This document shows, in pieces, positions 26,394-36,345 of a DNA stretch of 64,000 bases (its first letter is position 1; every line of letters begins with the position of its first letter). The notes beneath the pieces are model-generated. The model searched no databases. It was not told the DNA's origin and saw only the letters and a program-made list of their open reading frames with translations. Position numbers and translations under genes: made by a program. The DNA comes from Patescibacteria group bacterium (GTDB lineage Bacteria; Patescibacteriota; Saccharimonadia; Saccharimonadales; CAYUUR01): contig JBPOIH010000007.1 in assembly GCA_052034685.1 (NCBI GenBank), positions 13,249 through 77,248 of the forward strand, given 5' to 3'.

Positions 26394-26927
26394 TTAGCGT
26401 GAACGGCGGAAAAATGCCAGTGTTAAGCCAGCGTAGTTCCTTTTGGTCGTCAGCGTGAGTCCCGTAAACTCTGGCACGTCAAACTGTGACGGCCACGATA
26501 GTACAAACAAGCCCTGGGGTTCAAGATGGTCAACAAGCTTTTGTAACAGATTAACGCGTAAGTCATTATATGGCGGGTCGCAAACAATAATATCGAACAT
26601 CAATTCACGATTATTATCTGCCCAGGACGAAACATTGGCGATGGTTGCTTTCACCCTATCCTCTATCCCAAGTTTCTCGACATTTTCTGAAATAACCTTG
26701 TAAGCCTTTTTGTCACTGTCAACGCAGTACACAAAGCGCGCGCCTCGGCTTATAGCCTCAAATGAGAGAGCGCCACTACCTCCAAAAGCGTCAAGCATGG
26801 TTAGTTCGGTGATGTCACCAAGCATGTTAAATAATGCACCTCGGGCTTTTTCGCTCATCGGGTGTGTCTTACGGCCACGTGGCGACACAAACTGCCGGCT
26901 TTTGAGTTCGCCCGCAATGATTCTCAT
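26394..26927 (-). CDS. rsmD: 16S rRNA (guanine966-N2)-methyltransferase RsmD
   Basis: MRIIAGELKSRQF...HPMSEKARGALFNMLG...LDAFGGSGALSFEAISRGA...VCDPPY. I took the start at MRII. The track extension to 27041 overlaps the upstream gene. Confidence 0.85.
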   Translation of the reverse strand: MRIIAGELKSRQFVSPRGRKTHPMSEKARGALFNMLGDITELTMLDAFGGSGALSFEAISRGARFVYCVDSDKKAYKVISENVEKLGIEDRVKATIANVSSWADNNRELMFDIIVCDPPYNDLRVNLLQKLVDHLEPQGLFVLSWPSQFDVPEFTGLTLTTKRNYAGLTLAFFRRSR

Positions 26928-27763
26928 GCTGGCTGCAGAGCCTTTGGTCGAGGTATTGCACCAGCTTCCACTAATGCACTGTACCAAGTTAATGTAACCG
27001 TCTGCGTGATGACAGGCCCGAGCTTGTGACGAACTTGCCAAGCCAGTTTTGGCGTCCAGCCCCGCTTATAGTACGCACCATACATATCCATGACGGCAAT
27101 CTCTCGGGCAGCGGCTTGGAACCACGCAATTACACCGATGTCCATCATTCGCTTTATATCATGTTCAGAAGGAACCGCTTCTTTAAACGTTAACGGTGCA
27201 ATGATTGTAGCAATGCCTAGCTCAAACAGACCATGTGTTGTAATCAAACCCTTTGGACCCCACATCTTGAAGTTGTTTTTGACCTTTTCGCGGCGATTAA
27301 TACCCGGGATAATCCACTTAGCTTTTATACTTGTTCGGGTCTCAATACCTTCGCCACCACGGAGCTCTACGAGCTTTTTCTCGTAAGGATAATGGTGAGC
27401 TGGAGTCAGTCCGTCAACCAGTGCATGCGCCAGCCAAGCCGCCTCAAACGCTACCCGTTCATCATTGCCTTGTTTAAGCTCGTGAACGAGCTGCTTGTAA
27501 TGGTCTTCGATGAGCTTTACCAAAATTGAATCTTGGTCGTCAAATGGACTGTAGTAATGCCATGGTTCGTCTTTGGCTGGACTCTTGCGCTTTAGCGCGT
27601 CGGGTCCGTTTTTGCCCTCAAAGTGTAGTATCTTACGCGCCGTCGGAAAATGAGCATGCTCATCGGCAATCTTTGCCAAGTGTTTACGGGCAACCTTATC
27701 AAACTTTTGGTGCGCGCCCAAAATTCGTCCAGAGGTTTTTGTCAATGTTGATCCGCTATACAT
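26924..27763 (-). CDS. Zinc-dependent phospholipase C-like protein
   Basis: ILHFEGKNGPD...WHYY and AAWLAHALVDGLTPAHH resemble the Zn-ligand segments of Bacillus cereus PLC (SHFYDPDNGKT; FYLGLSLHYLGDVNQPMH). Confidence 0.55.
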   Translation of the reverse strand: MYSGSTLTKTSGRILGAHQKFDKVARKHLAKIADEHAHFPTARKILHFEGKNGPDALKRKSPAKDEPWHYYSPFDDQDSILVKLIEDHYKQLVHELKQGNDERVAFEAAWLAHALVDGLTPAHHYPYEKKLVELRGGEGIETRTSIKAKWIIPGINRREKVKNNFKMWGPKGLITTHGLFELGIATIIAPLTFKEAVPSEHDIKRMMDIGVIAWFQAAAREIAVMDMYGAYYKRGWTPKLAWQVRHKLGPVITQTVTLTWYSALVEAGAIPRPKALQPA

Positions 27764-27767
27764 ATGT

Positions 27768-29804
27768 TCAGTTTAGGTTTGTGATGGCTCTTAGTTTTTC
27801 TACGATGTCGTGTAGTTCCTTGTATTGTACCAGTAGTCCTGGCGTATCCAGTACCTTTTGTGCTGCAGAGCGGGCTTCGGCAATGAGCTTTGTATCTGTT
27901 AGTTTGGCAATCCTCAGGTCTAGCTCCCCATGCTGCATACTTCCATAAATAGCCCCAGGACCACGCAGTTCAAGATCAAGCTCCGCCAAGCCAAAGCCAT
28001 CAGAACTTGTCTCCAACGCTCGTAAGCGCCGCGAAACTGGCTTATTGTCTGTGAGCAGTAAGTAACAATGCGCTTGTTGTTTGCCACGCCCAACCCGCCC
28101 ACGAAGCTGATGCGCCTGTGCCAAGCCAAAGCGTTCAGCCGACTCGATCACCATAACAGTCGCGTTTGGCACATCGACGCCAACCTCAATTACGGTTGTA
28201 GCTACCAACACATCAAGTTCATGATCAACAAATGACTGCATAATCTGTTGTTTCTCAGTGCTTTTCAGCTTGCCATGCAGCAAGCCGACTCGTCGGTGCT
28301 TAAAGACTCCTTTACTAAGGCGTTTATGGACTTCTTCTGCTGAAGCAGCTTGCAACATGTCCGATTCGGTAATAAGTGGGGTAACTACAAATATCTGTTC
28401 GCCTGCGTCAATATGCTTATCAATATCTTTATACAGGGCGTCACGCGAGGCTGCGGGTACGACCTTTGTCTTGATTGGCTTCCGTAGGGCTGGCTTGGTA
28501 GCAATAATACTCATGTCCATTTCACCATAGACAGTCAGGGCCAAACTGCGTGGAATTGGCGTTGCTGTCATCGTCAAAACATGTACGGCATGCCCTGCTT
28601 TGGACTGCAATTTCTTGCGTTGTTCAACCCCAAACCGGTGCTGCTCATCAACAATTACTAATCCGAGGTTTGGTGGCTGCACAGAGTCTTGGATAAGTGC
28701 ATGCGTTCCAATAATAAGCCGTGCTTGGTTATCTTTGATAGCTTGATGTGCACGTTTCTTTTGCGCGGTGCTCAGACTGCCCACTAGTAGGCATAATTGG
28801 TTGGCAAAACCGAGCGGCTCAAGTAAAGCATGGATCGAGCCGGCGTGTTGGCGCGCTAAGATTTCTGTCGGCGCCATTATAGTAACCTGATAGCCTTGCT
28901 CCATTGCCATGAGCGCAGCCATTGTAGCGACGACAGTCTTGCCAGAGCCAACATCGCCCTCTAGTAAGCGATTCATCGGTTGCTCTTTGGCAATATCTTG
29001 ATAGATTTGCCACACAACCTTGCGCTGGTCATCAGTAAGCTTAAATGGCAACTGCGACACGAACGCTTGAGCAAGCTTCTGTGAAAACGGAATTGCTATT
29101 GCCGTTTGATGAGCGATCGCCTGCCTATTAAGAAGACTCGCTAAGCTTAAATTAAACACTTCTTCAAAACCCAAGCGACGCTTAGCAGCAGCGAGCTCGT
29201 CAGGCGACTGTGGAAAGTGCAAACGCATATACGCTTCTGCACGACTGAGTAAATCACCTCGTTTAATTACATCAGACGGTAATGACTCAGGTAGGCGCTT
29301 AATCACAGGTCGAATTTCCTGAAAGATTTTGCGAAGGACTGTATTAGTGACACCCTGACGCTCAGGGTAAATCGGTATAACTCTTGCCGCATTTACAGGG
29401 TAATCCGATACCAGCTCCATAGACGGATTCATAATGGCGAGTTTTTGGCGACTCAGCTCAAACACTCCAGAGACGTAATATTCTGCTCCTTTTTTAGTCT
29501 GCGCAGCCCGATACGACTGATTGAACCAAACAATGCGGACAGATCCAGTCTCATCGCTCGCCACCGCTTCTGTAACATGCATGCCGCGACGCACATATCG
29601 GCCAGCGATGGACGCAATCGTAACTTTGATTGTCACAGGACCAGGATGCAGTTTGACCACAGGAGTCACTACAGAGAAATCTTGATATGCACGTGGAAAA
29701 TATTCAACCAAATCGTGGACAGTGCGAATCGACAGGATATTGAGCTTTTGTTCTAGTTTAGGACCCACTCCCTTTATCTCGCCGACCGGCGTCTGCAGTT
29801 TCAT
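27768..29804 (-). CDS. recG: ATP-dependent DNA helicase RecG
   Basis: 678 aa. Walker A GDVGSGKT, DEQHRFG, and the helicase C-terminal motifs QLRGRVGRG. Confidence 0.95.
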   Translation of the reverse strand: MKLQTPVGEIKGVGPKLEQKLNILSIRTVHDLVEYFPRAYQDFSVVTPVVKLHPGPVTIKVTIASIAGRYVRRGMHVTEAVASDETGSVRIVWFNQSYRAAQTKKGAEYYVSGVFELSRQKLAIMNPSMELVSDYPVNAARVIPIYPERQGVTNTVLRKIFQEIRPVIKRLPESLPSDVIKRGDLLSRAEAYMRLHFPQSPDELAAAKRRLGFEEVFNLSLASLLNRQAIAHQTAIAIPFSQKLAQAFVSQLPFKLTDDQRKVVWQIYQDIAKEQPMNRLLEGDVGSGKTVVATMAALMAMEQGYQVTIMAPTEILARQHAGSIHALLEPLGFANQLCLLVGSLSTAQKKRAHQAIKDNQARLIIGTHALIQDSVQPPNLGLVIVDEQHRFGVEQRKKLQSKAGHAVHVLTMTATPIPRSLALTVYGEMDMSIIATKPALRKPIKTKVVPAASRDALYKDIDKHIDAGEQIFVVTPLITESDMLQAASAEEVHKRLSKGVFKHRRVGLLHGKLKSTEKQQIMQSFVDHELDVLVATTVIEVGVDVPNATVMVIESAERFGLAQAHQLRGRVGRGKQQAHCYLLLTDNKPVSRRLRALETSSDGFGLAELDLELRGPGAIYGSMQHGELDLRIAKLTDTKLIAEARSAAQKVLDTPGLLVQYKELHDIVEKLRAITNLN

Positions 29805-29827
29805 AAGGCTAGTATAGCTGACTCAGT

Positions 29828-30604
29828 CTATTTGGCTTTTCGAACAAGCAAAAACGTACTTGGGCCAAAATATGTGTGGGCAAGCGGCTTCTGTAGGACT
29901 CGCTCCACTTTCATCATCACAGATACAGGCACAAATTTCTTGAGTCCAGGACTGCGCAAGTTAGAAACACTGAGCACTTTATCAACTTTAAGACCTGCGT
30001 GAGCGAGCTGACGAATTACCGTTTTAGGGTGGTGGTTCACAAAAGGAATCTCGTCTTTGTTCTTGTGTTCTTCTGAACGAATGTCGACCGGTTGTTTTGG
30101 CACTTTTTGGCCTTTGAGCATGTATTTCAGTCGGTTACGCGCGTGGGTATTGTTGGCGACTTCAAGGATTAGAACGCCATCGGCAGATAACACGCGAGCA
30201 AGTTCGTTAAATTCTTGGGTTGGGTCTGGCAGATGATGCATGACGCGGATCATAGTGATGAGGTCAAGTTCACCATCTTTGAACTGTAAGTCATCGGCTT
30301 GCATAAGCTTTCGATCAATTTCTGGATGGTCTTTGAGATAGTCCTTGGCAATATCTAGTTGCTGTTGCGATGGCTCGGCTAAAGTAACTTTATCGGCGTA
30401 GTCTTCAAGTAAAAGACATAATCGGCCGTAGCCACCGCCGATATCTGTGGCGTGACGAAAGTGCTTCCCCTTAAGGAATCGAGTTATTGCGACTTCTTCT
30501 GCGGCATGTTCGTACTCGCGTCCATCCCAATAATGCAGATAATTGTGATTAGGATCATTGTACTGGTCAGCTTTTTTCTTGGTTGATTTGGTTGTTTTAT
30601 TCAT
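29828..30604 (-). CDS. Class I SAM-dependent methyltransferase
   Basis: DIGGGYGRL (motif I), VTLAEPS, DLITMIRVMHHL, DGVLILE. Confidence 0.75.
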   Translation of the reverse strand: MNKTTKSTKKKADQYNDPNHNYLHYWDGREYEHAAEEVAITRFLKGKHFRHATDIGGGYGRLCLLLEDYADKVTLAEPSQQQLDIAKDYLKDHPEIDRKLMQADDLQFKDGELDLITMIRVMHHLPDPTQEFNELARVLSADGVLILEVANNTHARNRLKYMLKGQKVPKQPVDIRSEEHKNKDEIPFVNHHPKTVIRQLAHAGLKVDKVLSVSNLRSPGLKKFVPVSVMMKVERVLQKPLAHTYFGPSTFLLVRKAK

Positions 30605-30643
30605 AGTGAAAAGTATAACAGCTCCTTGGGCTCGTCTTCGTTG

Positions 30644-31879
30644 TTATTTTTGTTCGACGATAGCAAAGCTATTCTTGCCACGCTTGAGCAGACTTGCTCC
30701 AGAATCAAAGCCCTGCTGTTCTAGCGTTACCTTCTGGCCGTTGATAGTAATTGCGCCAGCCGCGATAAATCGATTAGCTTCGCTGTTTGAGCTTGCAAGT
30801 CCAGCTTTGACTACCGTAGCGGCAATATTGTCCTGAGCTTGCACTGTTACAAGTTCGTCTTTAAGCAAAGCGACATCATCGGTTTTTAGCTCAGTAAAAT
30901 CTGCACCACCAAACAGTACATTAGTAACACGTTCTGCGGATGCAGCTCGGTCAGCACCGTGGACAATCGTCGTTACTTCTTGGGCGAGTCGTTTCTGAGC
31001 GCTACGAGCAGCTGGGTCTTTTTTGAAACACGCCATAATCTCATCAATGCTGGACTTATCAAGCGGAGTGTAGACCTTCAGGTAGTCTTCTACGCCGCCA
31101 TCGTCAGCGTTGAGCCAGAATTGATAGAACTTGAATACACTCGTCTGCTCGGGGTCGAGCCATACGGCTCCGTCCTCAGTTTTACCAAACTTAACACCTG
31201 TTGCTTTGTTGATGATCAGCGGGGTTGTCCATACGTGCGCTTCCTTGCCTGTTTTTCGGCGAATCAAATCAACCCCTGTGATGCTGTTACCCCACTGATC
31301 GGAACCACTCAACTGGAGTGTTACACCATACTTCTCAAAGAGGTGTAAAAAGTCATAGCCTTGAATCAGCGAGTAACTGAACTCTGCATAACTTATTCCA
31401 GCACCATTTTCACCAAGACGAGACTGAACAAAGTCACGTGCGAGCATTTGTCTCATCGGTACGTGTTTGCCGACTTCGCGTAAAAAGTCTAGATAGTTCA
31501 TATCCTTGAACCAGTTATAGTTATCAACCACCTTGAATTCAATACCGTCAAACACCTGCTTATACTGCGCAATGATACCTTTTTTGTTCTGAGCAACAAT
31601 TTCAGGGGTCTTAAGGTCTCTCTCCTGGGCTTTGCCGTCAGGATCACCTATGAGACCAGTTGCGCCACCAACAAGCAGTACGGGAGTGTAGCCGTGGCGA
31701 ATAAACACACGCGCCATCATAGCGGCCGCCAAATTACCAATTTGCATTGATGGGGCGCTCGGGTCAACACCCCAATAGAATGTCCGTTTTTTGGAATCAA
31801 GTTCGGTAATACTCTGGAAGGTTGTCTGATCTACAAAACCTCGCCATTTCAGCTCTTCAGATAGTGTCATTTTACTCAT
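30644..31879 (-). CDS. tyrS: Tyrosine--tRNA ligase
   Basis: 411 aa. Class I HIGH-like PSAPSMQIGN, KMSKS-like KFGKT, and a C-terminal S4 domain. Confidence 0.95.
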   Translation of the reverse strand: MSKMTLSEELKWRGFVDQTTFQSITELDSKKRTFYWGVDPSAPSMQIGNLAAAMMARVFIRHGYTPVLLVGGATGLIGDPDGKAQERDLKTPEIVAQNKKGIIAQYKQVFDGIEFKVVDNYNWFKDMNYLDFLREVGKHVPMRQMLARDFVQSRLGENGAGISYAEFSYSLIQGYDFLHLFEKYGVTLQLSGSDQWGNSITGVDLIRRKTGKEAHVWTTPLIINKATGVKFGKTEDGAVWLDPEQTSVFKFYQFWLNADDGGVEDYLKVYTPLDKSSIDEIMACFKKDPAARSAQKRLAQEVTTIVHGADRAASAERVTNVLFGGADFTELKTDDVALLKDELVTVQAQDNIAATVVKAGLASSNSEANRFIAAGAITINGQKVTLEQQGFDSGASLLKRGKNSFAIVEQK

Positions 31880-31965
31880 AGAGAAAAGTATAGCGTACTT
31901 GGCTGGCTAGTACCCAGCATTAGCAGTATTTTTAACTTGAAATCATTAAAATTTGCTATACTTAA

Positions 31966-34900
31966 TTGGAATCAAGGAGTATTCGACAGTACATGAGTTT
32001 ATTCAACAAAAAGCAGGGGCGGAATAGTAACCGCGCCAAGAATCAGTTCACAACCAAATCTGGCAACAACATCAAGCTCAACAAAAGCCTCGGAGCACGG
32101 GCTAAAGCGCGCAAGGATGCTCGCTTACGCAACAAGGCAGCCTATTTGAGCACGCTTCCTAAGGGGCGCGTCAAGCGTTTTTTTGCGCGTTTACACCCCA
32201 AACGTGTATATCGCTACTGGTTTAGCCGTGAGGGCGGTGTTATGGCGCTCAAGATCTTGGGTATTGCAACCGTTGCTGCATTCTTATTAATCGTGGGTTT
32301 ATTTGCATACTTCAGAAAAGACCTACCTAACCTTAAAGATATCTCTGGGAAAAATATTGGCGGAAGCGTTCGGTACTATGACCGCAGCGGTAAACATTTG
32401 CTCTGGGAAGATTACGATGCTGTAAAACGCATCCCGGTTGGTAGTAAGGGTATATCACAAGATATGAAAGACGCCACGGTGGCAATCGAAGACAAAGACT
32501 TCTTCGAGCATGGTGGTTTTGACGTACGCGGCATTATGCGTGCCGGCGTTAATAACATCACCGGTAGTTCCGGCGGCCAACAAGGTGGGTCAACTATTAC
32601 ACAACAGCTTGTAAAGCTAACCCAGAACTGGACACAAGACCGTACATATACACGTAAAGTTAAGGAAATCATCCTTTCAGTTGAACTTGAAAGAAGTTAT
32701 ACAAAAGAAGAAATCCTTGCCGGTTACCTGGATACCGCACCTTATGGAGGTATTGAATATGGTGTTGAGGCAGCTGCCCAGGGATACTTTGGCAAGCCAG
32801 CCAGCAAAATAACCCTTGCTGAAGCAAGCTTCCTGGCAACCATTCCAAAATCTCCACGATACTATTCACCCTACAGCGCAGACTTTGACAAAGAAGCATT
32901 TACTGATAGACAGCACTACATACTTAACCTCATGGCAGAACAAGGTATGATCACTGCCGAGGAGCGCGACGCGGCAAAGAAAGTTAAGGTTCTGGCAAGC
33001 GTCAAACAACGAAAGCCAAAGTACGAGAACATAAAAGCGCCATGGTTTGTTCTGGCAGCTAAGAAACAGTTGGAAGACAAGTACGGCACTGAGACTGTCC
33101 AACGTGGTGGCTGGCAAGTTAAGACCACCCTCGACCTTAAACTCCAAAAGGCTGCCGAGGAACAAGTCAAAAACGGCATGTACCAAATTCGTGCGCAAGG
33201 CGGTGACACTGCTGCGTTTGCTGCGAGTGATGTCACAAACGGACAGATGGTGGCATTAGTCGGAGGTTCAGACTTTGACAATAAGGATTTCGGTAAAATT
33301 AACTATGCCACACGACCACTACCTCCAGGCTCGAGCTTCAAACCATATGACTACTTAGCACTTATCGAACACAGCACTAACTTTGGAGCGGGTTCGGTAC
33401 TGTACGACACCAAAGGTAAGATCGAGGGCTATGAATGTACCAACAAAGGCCTGCCGCCACCACGCGGTAGCGGTAACTGTCTGTACGACTACGACTTCCG
33501 ATTCCCTGGACCACTGACATTGCGTTACGCACTGGGAGGTTCACGTAACGTCCCTGCTGTGAAGGCGATGCTCATTGCTGGCGTAGACAAGACTATAGAA
33601 ACGGCCGAGAAGCTTGGACTCAAGAGCGGCTATAAATGTTACGCAGCTGGCACGCCAGATATCAGCCAGGCTGCACCTGCTGATGAAACACAATGCTACG
33701 GATCTTCAGCAATTGGCGATGGTGCTTATCTGCGCCTTGACGAACACGTACACGCATACGGAACAATCTCCAGAAACGGCGTCAAATTAGAGCAGACTTA
33801 CATACTTGAGATTAACGATGCTACCAACAAGCCTGTCTACAAATGGAAGGCCGAAAAAGGCGAACAAGTAGTCCGACCTGATGGCGCCTATATTGTGGCT
33901 AATATGCTGGAAGATCCGAATGCGAGCTACTTCCCAGCAGGTCGTAAGCCTCACCGCTACAACGACTGGAAGTTCGCTATGAAGACTGGTACGACCAACG
34001 ATGCTAAAGACGGTTGGATGATGGGATTCTCCACCAAGTACGCCGCTGGCGTCTGGGTAGGCTATCACACTGGGCAAAAGGAAATGTCAGGAACTATGGA
34101 AGCAATGACGCAGCCTATATGGCAAGGCTGGATGCGTTCTGCTCACGACGGCGTCAAAGCTGTTGATCGCAAGAAGCCAGAAGGCGTCCAGAGCAAACCT
34201 GCATATGTCATCCGTAGCCATGTTGGTATTGGCTCTATTGAACCAAGCCCAGCCAATGACCTCTTCCCTTCATGGTACAAGCAGCCTAATAAGACCAAAT
34301 CAAGCAACAAGACAATTGACGTAGTCTCTAATAAGCTGGCGACCAACTGTACACCAGAACGTGCCAAAAAGAAGACTACCGAACGCGATGCCTCATCATT
34401 CTCAGGAGATACCTTTGTTGATGGCGGTGGCGCAAACACCCAAGAAAAAGATGATGTTCACAAATGTGGCGACAAGAAACCAACCGTCAGCGTCAGTACA
34501 GCATGTAGCAATGGTACTTGTGTACTTACGGCAAACATCAAGCAAGGTACGCACCCTCTGAATAGCAGTCGCTTCCCAGGCACTCTAACCTTTACGGTAG
34601 ACGGTGCCACAGTTAAGACAGTTAACGTCAAGAGCTCTGGAACGGTTAAACATACGGTCACGGGTAGTGGTAGCAAGAAAGTCAGTGTAAGTCTGGTCGA
34701 TAGTGTCCTGTATGATGCTTCAGACTCCGACACGGCCAGCTTTGGTAGCGCCAACAGTGCAAGTGAAAACATCACCATAACGTCAGCCGTGCGCAATGGT
34801 AGTGCCTCATGGTCAGGTGGGTCAGGCAGTGTTCAGATATTCAAGCGTAGTGGCGGTGGACCGGTATGTAGCGGTAGTGCAAGCAGCAGCTGTTCAATTG

Positions 34901-34983
34901 GCAGCTTGCCTGTTGGTACTCTCATCTACGCACGAGATGATGAAGGCAACGAATCAGACGACTTTGCCGTTACGAGTTCCTAG
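31966..34983 (+). CDS. Class A penicillin-binding protein (glycosyltransferase plus transpeptidase) with a basic N-terminal tail and C-terminal beta-sandwich repeats
   Basis: Glycosyltransferase motifs EDKDFFEHGGFD and GGSTITQQLVK. Transpeptidase motifs SSFKP, SRN and KTGT. TM segment ILGIATVAAFLLIVGLF at about aa 97-113. Start may be the Met at 31993. Confidence 0.9.
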   Translation: MESRSIRQYMSLFNKKQGRNSNRAKNQFTTKSGNNIKLNKSLGARAKARKDARLRNKAAYLSTLPKGRVKRFFARLHPKRVYRYWFSREGGVMALKILGIATVAAFLLIVGLFAYFRKDLPNLKDISGKNIGGSVRYYDRSGKHLLWEDYDAVKRIPVGSKGISQDMKDATVAIEDKDFFEHGGFDVRGIMRAGVNNITGSSGGQQGGSTITQQLVKLTQNWTQDRTYTRKVKEIILSVELERSYTKEEILAGYLDTAPYGGIEYGVEAAAQGYFGKPASKITLAEASFLATIPKSPRYYSPYSADFDKEAFTDRQHYILNLMAEQGMITAEERDAAKKVKVLASVKQRKPKYENIKAPWFVLAAKKQLEDKYGTETVQRGGWQVKTTLDLKLQKAAEEQVKNGMYQIRAQGGDTAAFAASDVTNGQMVALVGGSDFDNKDFGKINYATRPLPPGSSFKPYDYLALIEHSTNFGAGSVLYDTKGKIEGYECTNKGLPPPRGSGNCLYDYDFRFPGPLTLRYALGGSRNVPAVKAMLIAGVDKTIETAEKLGLKSGYKCYAAGTPDISQAAPADETQCYGSSAIGDGAYLRLDEHVHAYGTISRNGVKLEQTYILEINDATNKPVYKWKAEKGEQVVRPDGAYIVANMLEDPNASYFPAGRKPHRYNDWKFAMKTGTTNDAKDGWMMGFSTKYAAGVWVGYHTGQKEMSGTMEAMTQPIWQGWMRSAHDGVKAVDRKKPEGVQSKPAYVIRSHVGIGSIEPSPANDLFPSWYKQPNKTKSSNKTIDVVSNKLATNCTPERAKKKTTERDASSFSGDTFVDGGGANTQEKDDVHKCGDKKPTVSVSTACSNGTCVLTANIKQGTHPLNSSRFPGTLTFTVDGATVKTVNVKSSGTVKHTVTGSGSKKVSVSLVDSVLYDASDSDTASFGSANSASENITITSAVRNGSASWSGGSGSVQIFKRSGGGPVCSGSASSSCSIGSLPVGTLIYARDDEGNESDDFAVTSS

Positions 34984-36326
34984 CTCTTCTCTAGGAAGTG
35001 ATTAAGTGCTGTGCGAATGTCTTTGACGCCAACATAACCCTTTGATTTTTTGGCGCTGATATTTGCTGGCCCGATGACCGCGTCAAAAGACAGTTTGGTA
35101 GCTTCGGCAATGCGCTTTTCGATAAACGGTACATGCCTCACCTCACCAGACAGTCCAACTTCACCAAACACAACTGCATTCTGTTTGAGCTGCATGCCTT
35201 TAGCTGCGGAGGCAATCGCCATACATATAGCAAGATCAGCGGCCGGTTCCGTAATACGAATTCCACCAACGATGTTGATATAGATATCTTGATCAGCCAG
35301 CTGAAGCTTTGTACGGCGTTCTAGCATTGCAACCAGCAAGTTAACCCTATTTAGGTCAATCCCGCTTGCAGCGCGCTTAGGATAGCCGTAGGATGTCTTA
35401 TTTACCAGCGCTTGGACCTCAACGAGAATTGGCCGTGTGCCTTCCATAGTAGCTAGGACAATCGAACCATCGCTGACTTGTCTTTCAGCTAATAATGCGG
35501 CGGAAGGATTTAGTACAGGTGCGAGCCCTTCGTTCTTCATTTCAAATATTGCAACTTCGTTAGTGGATCCAAAGCGATTTTTGACGCCACGAAGTAGCTT
35601 GAATCCCCCGTATCGATCGCCCTCTAACTGCAACACGACATCTACTAAATGCTCCAAAATCTTCGGCCCGGCAATTGAGCCTTCCTTAGTGACGTGTCCG
35701 ACTATCAAAAGTGCCGTATTGGAGCGTTTGGCTGCTGCCGTCAGAAGATGCGTACTATTTGTTATCTGGCTCACAGATCCGGCTGCTGAACTCACTCGTT
35801 CGCTAGTGATAGTCTGAATAGAGTCTACAATGACAAGGTCATATGTCTTGTCTGCGATACTCACTGCAATGTCATCTGCCGAGTTACTGGCAACAATGAG
35901 CAGCTTATCAGTGATAGCTCCAAGCCGTTCTGCCCGAAGGCCGATCTGGTGACCCGATTCTTCGCCACTTACGTAAAGCACACGATGGGCTTTTGACAGT
36001 GCATAAGCAAGCTGAAGCAAGAGCGTACTCTTACCAATACCCGGCTCACCGGCAATCAACGTTACACTACCTGCGACCACTCCACCACCAAGGACAATGT
36101 CAACATCTGACAGCCCCGTCTTCAGGCGTTTATAGGCATCAGTTCTAATGTGCTCGCCGACTTTTTTCGGGGTTAAACTTCTGCCCGCCTTGGTTATTGC
36201 GGTACTAGAGGTGTCTACTTGCTCATCTAAGCTGTTCCATTCGCCACAGTTATAACATTTGCCTGACCACGTAGAACTCTCGGCGCCACAACTACTACAT
36301 ATATACGATGTCTTTTTCTTTGCCAT
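34980..36326 (-). CDS. radA: DNA repair protein RadA/Sms
   Basis: N-terminal C4 zinc finger CSSCG...CYNCG, Walker A GEPGIGKSTLLLQ, KNRFG, and a C-terminal Lon-like domain. Confidence 0.95.
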   Translation of the reverse strand: MAKKKTSYICSSCGAESSTWSGKCYNCGEWNSLDEQVDTSSTAITKAGRSLTPKKVGEHIRTDAYKRLKTGLSDVDIVLGGGVVAGSVTLIAGEPGIGKSTLLLQLAYALSKAHRVLYVSGEESGHQIGLRAERLGAITDKLLIVASNSADDIAVSIADKTYDLVIVDSIQTITSERVSSAAGSVSQITNSTHLLTAAAKRSNTALLIVGHVTKEGSIAGPKILEHLVDVVLQLEGDRYGGFKLLRGVKNRFGSTNEVAIFEMKNEGLAPVLNPSAALLAERQVSDGSIVLATMEGTRPILVEVQALVNKTSYGYPKRAASGIDLNRVNLLVAMLERRTKLQLADQDIYINIVGGIRITEPAADLAICMAIASAAKGMQLKQNAVVFGEVGLSGEVRHVPFIEKRIAEATKLSFDAVIGPANISAKKSKGYVGVKDIRTALNHFLEKS

Positions 36327-36345
36327 ATACGGTTAGTGTAGCAAA

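Noticed and set aside
26928-27041. N-terminal extension of rsmD (MASSSQARACHH...)
   Set aside because: It overlaps the 3-prime end of the upstream phospholipase-C-like gene. The conserved RsmD sequence begins at MRIIAGE with the typical ATGA overlap.
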